A DNA stretch of 32,358 nucleotides from Klebsormidium nitens. Its lineage: Eukaryota; Plantae; Klebsormidiophyceae. This document shows positions 22,088 through 31,829 of this stretch, piece after piece. The stretch spans positions 1 to 32,358 of the forward strand of contig DF237318.1 of assembly GCA_000708835.1 (NCBI GenBank), read 5' to 3'. Both the position numbers and the translations under genes were made by a program. The notes under the pieces were generated by a model. That model was not told the origin of the DNA, did not search any database, and saw only the letters and a list, made by a program, of their open reading frames with translations. Positions within the stretch are counted from its first letter, which is position 1, and each line of letters starts with the position of its first letter.

Positions 22088-23184
22088 GCTCTGTTTGTGT
22101 CTTATTAGACCTTTTCACAGTCTTATGTTCGATCGTGTTGTGTGCATGACTGTGCAATTCCTCCCACGTTTTTAGTGATGGCCGTGTTTTTGTCGGCGGC
22201 TGCCGTAAGCGACTAAGAAGGCAATGCTGTCTTTCTCGATTGCATGTTGCAAAGCCAGTACTGTGCAATCCAACTCTACGACAACTAAACCATTCAGCTA
22301 CTCCGCTTCTGCGAGCGTCATACCCTCCAGACTGGAGATATTCTTCCCAGGCTCTTCGAACAGGATTGCGACATACAATGCTGCGATACCGCATGCAATG
22401 CTGCGATTATTTCAGCTTCGCAGAGAACCTGCCAAGGAGCAGCCGCAGGGCTTGATGTTATCACATTGCTGAAGGCCCCATTAGATTCTGCTCATCCAGG
22501 CTCGCGCCTAAACTTACAGTAACTTACTATTACTGAACTGTGAGAACTCCGTCCATCTCATAGACCGACGCATATGCAACTTTAAGGCACAGATCCAACC
22601 ACTGTAGCCTAGACTAGGTGTGCTTACTAGGTAAATACTAAGCTGTACAGCGCCAGCTGAAAAGCCGGCCGATAGCGTGTGCGCCCTATTTCTGCAGTCA
22701 CTGCATCACTGCACTGAGCCCTTTGGAGCTACTACGGTACTACGCACAGTACTTCCCGTACCCTCATAGACTAATCAGCCTGTACAAACATCGACAGTGC
22801 GTAACGACACATAACCGTCGTTTGATACTAAGTCAGCTGGTATAGATATACAGTTCGCGCGCGTACATTGACTTTGCCCCCCCGGTTTTGAAAAGGAGTA
22901 CCCCATCTTACTCAGTTGGGGGGGCGAAGGGGGGGCGAATCGCTTGCCTTCTTATACCCAGACAAAGGTTGCCGCGAATTCGGAAGCGCTTCTCGCATAT
23001 TTCGGGGGCAGTGTGGGGGAGATGCAATGGCCCTGCATAATTCAGATTGCGACATTTGTCTTCGTCTGGTTCAATGTTACTGCGCAAACGTCTCTGGTTC
23101 AGAAAAGTTGGATTCACCATGTCCAATGCCAATACTTTCTAGCACCATGAAAGACAGTCCACATTCACGGGCCCCTAAGAAGCC
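22088..23184. promoter_or_regulatory. Divergent (head-to-head) intergenic region, presumed to hold both promoters and 5' UTRs
   Basis: Lies between the inferred start of RPGRIP1L (-) and the start of the AAA+/4Fe-4S gene (+). It contains a doubled GC-rich motif gggggcgaa at ~22918-22939. Position-based inference only; no TSS is visible. Confidence 0.45.
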
Positions 23185-26100
23185 ATGGCGACAACAAGGA
23201 TATTGACTGCTGCTAGCAACAAATTGCTTTGCACCTCAGCAATTGCGTGTGGTGGAAAGACATCAGGAGTGCTTGAATCTTGCGTCTTCTGTCCGAGCTC
23301 TCTTCAATCTGAAAAGCTATCTCAGCACTTACCACCACTTTTCAAATCAGATTTTTGTAGCTGCCAGCCTCAGAAGTCGTTCCAACCATCAAAAGTTGCA
23401 GGAAGGCGTGTTTCACAGACTTTGCCAAAAAAAGTTAATTCTGCATTGTCTGGGCAAGCTGACGTGGGGGATCAACACCCTGATGTCCAGGTATATCATT
23501 CTTCTGACTGCTTTTGAAAAGAAGCACTCAGAAACAAAATGTTCTCAAGTCGCTGTATGCAAGATCTTGCACTGGCAAGGTGCCCTCTTTGAAGATGCTT
23601 GCACTGATGTTCTGCCGATTTTATTCTCTCTCAGCAGTACCTTTTGCAAGTAGTGGTTGTCCAAGTCGCTTGCATAGTGGGTGTCGCTTTGGCTGCCTCT
23701 AAAAAGACATTGATGCTCTGCCACCCAAGGATTCTGGAATCTGATGGTTTTTGTGTTTGGTACCAGTCTGGTTCCTTGACAAAGGGCTTTTATGAAAAGG
23801 CCATGATTGAGTTCATATAAAGGTACCCATGCGAAAACTGAAAACGAAGACAAAATAAGAATGTCTACAGGTCAATCATTGAACAAGTCATCAACTGTCT
23901 AGAGCGCATCCCTTCAGCAGACATAGTGAGAACATTCGAAATCATTATTCAAAGATCTCTCTTCTATCCAAGTTTCGAGCAGGAAAGACCAGTACGTTCT
24001 GGCCCAGTGTTTCAATGAATGTTTAGCCACCACATCCTGCAGGACGAAGCAGCCAGGCAACATGCACTGCGGCCGCATCTGGTCAACTGCCCCCGCAGGG
24101 GGGTCATTGGGAACTCCCGTTATGCTGTGCGACTTCGGAAGGAAATCGTGCAGGCAGCAAAAGACAAGAACAGGTACATTTGATATGTGCAGTGGTACTG
24201 ATCCAAGAGATCTTTTGTTTCATTGACTAAGGTGAAGCACAATGTAAAAGTGGGGTATGCTCTGGAGGCAAATGGAATCAGGAGCTCAAAATCTGTTAAT
24301 TTCTTCCTATGAGAATCTGTGTTTAGTACATTGCTAGATTCCTGATACGACTTGACAGAACTAAAGGGACCTTCCGCCCCATGAAAGCTGTTAAGACTAT
24401 CCCCAATAAAGTCCCCAAATCTTTCCCAAACAAGCTTCGCAAACTTCGCGTCTCAAACACTCCTCCTGCAGGAGCCCTGTCCTTTTCTTCGGCGAGCCTG
24501 GCCTGGAGAAGGACGGATACGCAGCTCTGGTGCATTTCGGCACCCCTAACCGCTCCAAGAATATGGTGCGTCTTGACTGCCATCGCCTGGGCCGCAGCGC
24601 CGTTGAGCTTTTTGGAAGCAGGGCCCGGCCCGGGCTCCTGCACTGGCTGGGGGACGGGACTCTTCTGCTAGACAACGTGCTTCAGGTGAGCCGTCCTTTT
24701 GTTTCCGTTTATGACGCATGTTAAGCTCTCGCCTGAGCAGGTTTCTGCTCATCTTCGAAGACGTTTCTCCTTCAACGGAGCGGTCTTTGCACTGGCTGGG
24801 GGAGGGCACTCTTTTGCTAGACCACGTGCATCAGGTAGTCTGTATTTCCGCCCCTTTCTTTGGTTCCCCATTACTGGATGGACTCCCAAAACCCTTGCCT
24901 GAGCACTTTCTGGCTCGTTTTGGGGGGGGCCTGTACTCGTTAGGAGAGGTCTCTGTGCTGGCTGGGGGGCGGGACTCTTCTACTAGACAACATGCATCAG
25001 GTGCGTCACTCTTTCATTTCCCTATCTCGTTCCTCTCGCTCTGATTTCTGATGAGTATCATTGCCTGTTTCTGTTTTTCTTCCATTCCTACTTACTGGAT
25101 GGTGTCCCCAAAGCCCTTACTTCCTGCCAATTTTAAAAGGCACCGTTTCGTTCTAGGCCAAGGAGTCCTGCGATGGGCGATTGACCGCTCTGGCTGAAGA
25201 ATGTGCATAAAACGCCATGTTTATGCTTTGTCCTCTCTGTTCGTGTTCAGCACTTTCTTGGTATGAGGCTCTAAGAGCACCTAAGGATTGGTCTGGTCTC
25301 GCAACTGGAGGAGTGCCGCGCCACAATCCAACTTGAAATCCACTTGCATCCAGCTATCATTTGCATCAAGTCTCCAAGCGCTAAGCCCGAAATCTGGAAA
25401 CCACTTCTGACCCTCGATGAACAGATCGAACAACCCTGATTGGGAGTTTCTGACTGAAAGGCTGCTTGAAGAAGATTTTATTGCACGTCACGCTGACGAA
25501 AAGCTTTATGAACATCCGTGCAGGCTCATCCCGTGTTCCTGCAAAACCTCGTGGATCTATTGCGCACGGGCACCTACCGACCCGCATCGAGCACCCGTCT
25601 CGAAGCCTGGGCTCAGCCAGATGGTAATTATCTGGGCCAACGTCTCCTTCTCTCCGCCTCTACAAGATATCCTTACCCGCATCTTAGTGCTGCTGTTGTA
25701 TCGGTTCTTCTCGCTCGCTCTTGAATGTAGAGACGACTGTCTAAAGGCTCTCTTATTTGAAGATCCCTCTAAGTCTGTGTTAGCCGACTTGGTTCTCGAA
25801 TCAACGGAAGGCCTTAAATTTTGCGTTTCAGTTTAAGCAATTTACTCTTGACACTACTGATGACTTCGAGGACAGCAAAACGAAACTCGTAACGCGCCAT
25901 TCGACTTAGACACTCCTAGTAATTTTGAAAATAGAAAAGCAACCGAATTGAGCGTCGCAATTTCAATTGCAGAAGGGGTGACAATGGAACCGGTGCGGCA
26001 CAGCCAGGCGCGCATCATCTTGACGGCCGAAGGGACGGTTCCGGCGCTCGAGCACCTGGTGACGGTGATCAAGGTGAGCACAAACGGAACGAGAACTTCA

Positions 26101-29100
26101 CGGGTTGCGGCACAACGGAAACGGAGCTTAACGGAAGTGAAGCTGAACGGGAATGGATGTGCAAAGTCTGCGCTTGCTCCGGCTCTGACAGGTTTAAAAT
26201 TTGAGAAAAGTCTAGTCAACAGAACTACTTGAACCAAGTCTTGAGTCAGCACCCTGCCGTGTGAAATCAAACTCATACTGAAAGACATCCGCTTGCCTCT
26301 TAGATTGGTTTCGGCAGAAAGCTCGATGAATAAGTCGCTTATAAAGTCTGCTTTTCTGTCTTATAAAGTCCCTCCACCTCCACGTGCGCCCCTACCGCAT
26401 TCCCCTGCTTGCCGCCTATTTTTCGTGCCAGTACCGATCCAGCGCTGAAACTTGCCGTTCAAACCCGTTGAAGCTGAGATTACTCGCTTATGTGAGATTC
26501 GTTCCTTGTCCCGTCAGGTTCCCCCCCTCCGTGTGCGCCCCTCAGACATTCCCGCCTACCGCCTCCTGCCTGCGTCGCTGATTCTTCTGTATTTTCAAAC
26601 GTCAGGCTGAAATTGGATATTCACAGGGCTTGAGTTTTTCTAGGCTGCTTCTCTTTTCTTTCAGGTTCTCTCCCTCCGCGTGCCCCCCTTCGACACCCCC
26701 CCCCTCACTGCCTACTTTCTGCGCCAGTCCTAGTGTCGCTGGTTCTCAGAGACATTCCCTCGAGCATGTCAAACGTTCGGGCTGGACTGAGTGTTGATAT
26801 GCGGTAAAACCGTTTCTCCTTCAGGTCCCCCCCTTCCGCATGCCCCCGTTCCGACACCCCTCCCCTTACCGCCTACTTTCTGGGCCAGTATCGATCTTTC
26901 GCTGAGCAAAGTTCCTTGTCCCGTCAGGCTCCCCCCCTCCGCGTGCGCCCCTCCGACATTCCCCTCCTCCCTGCCTACTCACCCGTTCAGTTTGAGATCA
27001 AACAATAAGATGAAAACTTCTCTCGTCAGGTCCCCCCCATCCGCGTGCGCCCCTCCGACATCCCCCCCCTCACCGCCTACTTTCTGCGCCAGTACTGCGC
27101 GCAGCACGGCGCGCGCCCCATTGTGCCCACCTCGGAGGCGCTGCGCGCGCTGGAGACGAGCCCCTTCCCCGGAAACGTGCGCGAGCTCCAGGCGGTCCTG
27201 GAGCGGGCCGCGCAGAACATGGCGGACGGCGAGACGCGGCTCACTGCGGACGTCCTGTGGAATACCGCCAAGGTGGGGCCGGAAGTTGATTGAAAGTTTT
27301 TGACCTTATTCTTCTTCTTCTTCTTCCTTTCTGTGTGCAATGATCTGGCCACAAGCGTGGAGTCTGCAGACTCGTATACGCGGTATCGTAAAAGCTGGTC
27401 ACAGGTCCGTACGCGTTTGGCAAGCTTCGAGTCGCTTTTCGGACAGAAGGCCCCCTCTTCGCCTGGACCTGCTCAAGGCGTGCCGCCCCATGCGCTCCTT
27501 CCCAGCCAAACGACCAGCAACATACTTTCACCCCTAAACAGCTCGACTTTCGTTCTAACCACTTTTTGACTACCTTTAACCATCTCTCGACGATCGCCCG
27601 TCTGATTCCCGTCTGATTCTGACCCGGCAAAACATTCCCCTCTTTGCAGCAAGGCCACGACTTCTTCCGCCTTTACTTCTGAAAGGAGGGGGGACGATAC
27701 ACTTCAGTCGGAATAAGTCGTCTTCCCCTGCTTGCGCGCTCTATTGGTTCGCACACTCCAGTCGGACCTTGCTTGCGTGCTCTCTTGTTGCGAACCAAAC
27801 CAAAACCAACTCGCGCCATTCACAGCATGTTTACGCTGACCGTCTCCAGCTTTTCCATTCTCGCAGCAAGGCCACGACCCCTTCCGCCTGGACCTGCTCA
27901 AGGCGTACCCCCCCCTGCGCTCCTTCCTCCGCAGCGACTTCTGGCCACGGGAGATCAACTTCGGCTTCACCACCTACGTTTTCGCGGCAACCGTGGCGCT
28001 ACTGCTGTTCGGGCCTCAAGACCGAGAGCACAACGTCGCGCTAACCGTCTTCTGGGCCTACTGGTGGCCCGTCCTCTTTCTGATCTACCCCTTTTTGGGC
28101 CGGGTCTGGTGCTCGGGTGAGAGTTCCGTTCCGGTCCGGTCCGTTCCATTCCGTTCCGTTCCGTGTATAAATTTGTGGCTACGGAACCCTGAGGTTTACT
28201 CACGGACGGGTGTGAGCGGCTCGTGCCGGGCTGTTCCGTCGATTGTGTTTCTGTGTCTGCGAAACCAAAAGGCTCATCGATGAACGAGAGAAGCCCACTT
28301 CCTCACGGCTCGATGTCTAATGCATTTCAGGTCAGCCTGACTTTATATATTATTGGCTATATTCGTCATGTTTTTTCACTTGATCCCCAACGCATTCGAC
28401 GCCGGAAGGCTTGTTTCAAGCTCATCGTTTTCTGTTACGTTCAGCGACCTTGCTGGGACCGGCTCCGGTGCTCAAGCGAGGGCTTCGCACCGGGCGCCCC
28501 TCCTTTAAGGATGGAAACAATAAAATCGACCATTCTAGTTGCACATTGACTTTCTTAAGATACGAAATGATCCTTGTTGGGTTTCGCGGAGTCCGGTTGA
28601 GCGCAGCTCGACAAAGTGTAACGTTGCCCCTCATCCCAGCCAGAGAGCGTTCTTAGAAAGCACCGTTGCGTTACTTCAGCAACCCGAGAGTACAGCTGGC
28701 GGAATAATGAGTAATTAAAAGCTTATCACTAGAAGCTTAGAAAGCAAGGAACACCCGGGCGTTGCCATCTTGGCTTCCCGCGTTTTTGTCCAGCACCAGC
28801 CCGGCCCCACCTCATCTCTCCCGGAACCTATTCCAAGTCACCCATCCTTCTGAAGTCACTTCTTCTTAGGCTGCCACTCCTAAAAGCGCTAAACCTCTTA
28901 TTTGAAAGGACGGCTCTGACTATTTCCCGTCTCTATCCTGCAGTCTGCCCGTTTATGATCTATGGCGAACTGGTGCAGAAGTGGAGACTGGGCACGGGAG
29001 CCAAGCTCTTACAGTGGCCTAGAGAAACAGGTAGGGGTTGATTATCTATTCTGCACTGGGCTTCGTGGGACGCGTGTCACAGGGCGACCGATGGCCTGAA

Positions 29101-31829
29101 GTCTCACCTTCGCAGTCGCTCGAGAAAGCCACGTGCTTCAAATCCGCAACGACACGCAGTCGTTATCCTCTACGTGGATGTCCCGTCAATATCTAGTTCA
29201 CTGGGCTGATTTACCATATGTTAACAGCATTCAATACGCTGGGCTGACCGTTCATAAGCTTGAAAAAGCCAATACGCTTTTTCGCAGAGCAGCTATGGTG
29301 CTGACGAAAGCCTCTGGCGCTAGCCCTTCGCTCTGTGCGATTCTGACGCGACATATTGAGTATACTGCCAGGGTGAAGAATGGCAGAAGATTCGCTCTCT
29401 TGTGGTATAGTACGATTGACGAGTAGACGCCAACGCTTTCTCGCCTTTATGAACAGGGTTCCCATCTCTGTGGACAAATTTACTGTAGCCGGGTTCAGAA
29501 GTCCGAGCATTCCCTCGCATGACCTAGCATCACAAAGCCCCGAAAAGTAAGATTTGGAGTCGCACCAAATGCTCCCCGTGCATTTTTGCAGCCGAGACCT
29601 GGGGCCCCTGGTTCCTGGTGTCCCTCTTCGGTGCGATCCTGGTCTGGGAGGACGTGTGGCACCTCAGCTCGCACGCCGCGCTCTCCGCCGGCCTCCTCTT
29701 ATTGATTACGTCAGGCGCCGTCATCTGTTCCGCCGTCTTCGAGCGCCGGCTGTGGTGCCGCTACCTGTGCCCCATCGGCGGAATGAACGGACTCTTCGCG
29801 AAAATGTCGATGACCGAAGTGCGCGCGCGCCAGGGCGTCTGCACCGGTGCGTTTTCCTCTCCCTCTCTAGTTGCGCGTCTTTGTCTGGAAGTGACGGCGT
29901 TTCTGTCACCTTGTAAGTCTTGGGTTTTGACGCGCCCGTTGGCCAGAGAAAGACTCTTCGACGGTGGATTCGCTGTTGGAGACAGCTGGAGACTTTCATC
30001 CCAATAGAAAAGATGATACAAATTCTTGCGACCCGCCGGGTCTCAATGAGGGAGGCAAGCGGGTATCTTTCTGTTTGATCATATATGGAACTTGGATTGA
30101 GCGAGTTGCTTCGTTTGAGTTTGGAAACCTGCCCGGAAGCCAGGTTAGAGTTGACAGCAGTCTCCGTCTCTAACTTATGTCGAAACCGCATGGACTGACT
30201 TGCCTAAAGTTTGGTTCGGATTTTGCCTGAGGGGAGGCCAATCGTCTGACTTCCTTATTTCACGTCAGCCCTTTACTTTCAATTGTGCCTCCGTAACCTC
30301 GACGATAACCGAAAGCCGATAAGGACACCTCTTCTGACGACCTTCCAATTTTCAAAAACCTCACCGCTCAGCATTTCACAGTCAGTCCGCATGATGCCCT
30401 TCCCGTCCTGACGTGGCCCTTCCCTCCGCAGCCACGTGTCAGACGTACCACTGCTACAAGGGCGGCCCGGCGGAGCCCCCCGAGGGCTTATCCACCGGTG
30501 GCTGTCCTGTTCACTCGCACCCGGCGCAGCTCCCGGACAACAAGAACTGCGTCCTGTGCATGGACTGCCTCAAAGCGTGCCCCCACACAAGCGTGGAATT
30601 CAACCTGAGACCCCCCGGAGTGGATCTGTGGACCGGTCACAAGCCGGCCACGTCAGAGGTTACGCTCATGTTCATGCTGCTAGGGGGAGGTGCGCTTCGC
30701 CCACCCTTTGTTTCTGTTGCCGATTCTTCCCCGCAATCCTTGTGTGCGTTGTCCTCGTCACGGTCTTCTTCCTTGTACGACTTGGATTTTGTTTGCCGAC
30801 GGCTTTTCTGAGGAACGGGCTCAGTGGGTGTTGAATGTGAGCACCTTTGCGAGGACGGCGGTCTGAGTAGGCCCCTCTTTGTTCTTCTCGATCGGACACA
30901 CGGAAGCAGCGGAATTTTCCGGAGTCCCCGGATAGACTGCCGCGGGGCTTTGCATTGCTCTGAAGATTTCCGAAACTGATCTTAGGGGCGATACTCATGC
31001 CCATGGAAGTGCTGTCGGCTGCGATACCAAAATCAGTGGCCCCTATCATGAAGCAATGACACTTCCGGAATAGTAAGCTTTGAAAATAGTAAGCTCACCA
31101 GCCTGGGACGGTTAGGGTTAGTTTGGGGGTTTTGTGTGGGTACGGGTGCGGAGCAGGTAGGTTTTGTGGGTTAGGATTTTAGTATTTGGTTTGAGCTTAC
31201 TGTTCCTGAAGCTTAGTTTCCTAAACTGTCGCGACATCCTATCACGTTGCATGGAGGAGGTGGGCCTGGCCTGCAACAAACGCTTACTCCCCACGCTGGC
31301 GTCATGTCTTTTTAACCTGTTTGCAGTGTACCTCCACCGCGCACCGCACCTCATGAGTCAACTCGGACTCGAGCCTCTCCTCCTCGACTCAAAGCCTATC
31401 CATGTGGGGATCGCTTTGGCGCTTCTGTCCCTCCCTGGCTTTGTTGCTTTCGGAGTGGACTCAGCGACCCGCTTCTACTCCGAAACGCGGCGGGCCGTTA
31501 AACCCGCGCCGTTTCTGCACCTGGCGTATGGGTATCTTCCCTTAGTGTGGAGCGCTACACTCGCCCATTACTTGTTCCTTTTCCTAGTCGAGGGAGGGAC
31601 TCTTCTCCCCGTAACGGCAGCGACTGTCGGGTTTGAGGATCTAGGACTTCCAAGTTTTGTGGCCGACTCTTCTGTTGTAGGATTTCTTCAGGGGTCGGTT
31701 TTGATGGCGGGGGCCGGTCTGAGCTTGGCCCTCACTCGTAAGCTAGGGAAACGACCATGGAGCGCGTTGTGGCCCCAGTGCACGACGATTGTGGCTTTCA
31801 CGGCCGAGTTGTGGGCACTGATTCTATGA
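23185..31829 (+). CDS. Putative plastid-targeted fusion of a sigma54-activator-like AAA+ domain and a polytopic membrane 4Fe-4S (NapH/FixG-like) domain, cyanobacterial type; 11 exons, 815 aa
   Basis: Phase-consistent chain: 23185-23490, 24043-24173, 24472-24685, 25524-25623, 25973-26073, 27030-27272, 27867-28116, 28944-29030, 29592-29846, 30432-30689, 31327-31829 (2448 nt incl. stop). AAA+-like part: RGVIGNSRYAVRLRKEI, VLFFGEPGLEKD, ELFG..GTLLLDNV, VPPIRVRPSDI, FPGNVRELQAVLERA. Membrane/Fe-S part: FWAYWWP..GRVWCSVCPFMIYGE, ERRLWCRYLCPIGGMNGLFAK, CTATCQTYHCYKG..GCP..CVLCMDCLKACP, plus many hydrophobic helices. Exon 1 is Ser/Thr/Ala/Lys-rich and transit-peptide-like, with ATG context aagccATGG. 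Confidence 0.92.
24635..25130 (+). repeat. Tandem decayed copies of an exon 3' end and 5' splice site (3 copies)
   Basis: ctgcactggctgggggacgggactcttctgctagacaacgtgcttcag|gt (real, ends 24685); ttgcactggctgggggagggcactcttttgctagaccacgtgcatcag|gt (24834); gtgctggctggggggcgggactcttctactagacaacatgcatcag|gt (25000). Downstream intron text (ttactggatgg..cccaaa..ccctt) is also duplicated. Confidence 0.9.
26361..27100 (+). repeat. Five decayed copies of a 3' splice site and exon start upstream of the exon at 27030
   Basis: The real site is tcgtcag|gtcccccccatccgcgtgcgcccctccgacatcccccccctcaccgcctactttctgcgccagtac. Homologous copies have AG ending at 26368, 26517, 26664, 26824 and 26927. The 26517 and 26927 copies share gttccttgtcccgtcagg exactly. 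Confidence 0.9.
27440..27930 (+). repeat. Two decayed copies of a 3' splice site and exon start upstream of the exon at 27867
   Basis: The real site is cgcag|caaggccacgaccccttccgcctggacctgctcaaggcgtacccccccctgcgctccttcc. Copies are cag|aaggccccctcttcgcctggacctgctcaaggcgtgccgccccatgcgctccttcc (AG at 27446) and ttgcag|caaggccacgacttcttccgccttt (AG at 27649). Confidence 0.85.
28123..28164. repeat. Imperfect (GTTCC)8 pentanucleotide microsatellite just after a donor site
   Basis: gttcc gttcc ggtcc ggtcc gttcc attcc gttcc gttcc gt, starting 6 nt after the GT at 28117. Confidence 0.85.

Noticed and set aside
24635-27100. Spaced repeats superficially like a CRISPR array
   Set aside because: Eukaryotic intronic context, divergent units homologous to adjacent exons, irregular spacers and no cas genes.
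31105-31190. Telomere-like GGTTAGGGTTAG in a G/T-rich intron stretch
   Set aside because: Only about two units; too short to call an interstitial telomeric repeat.
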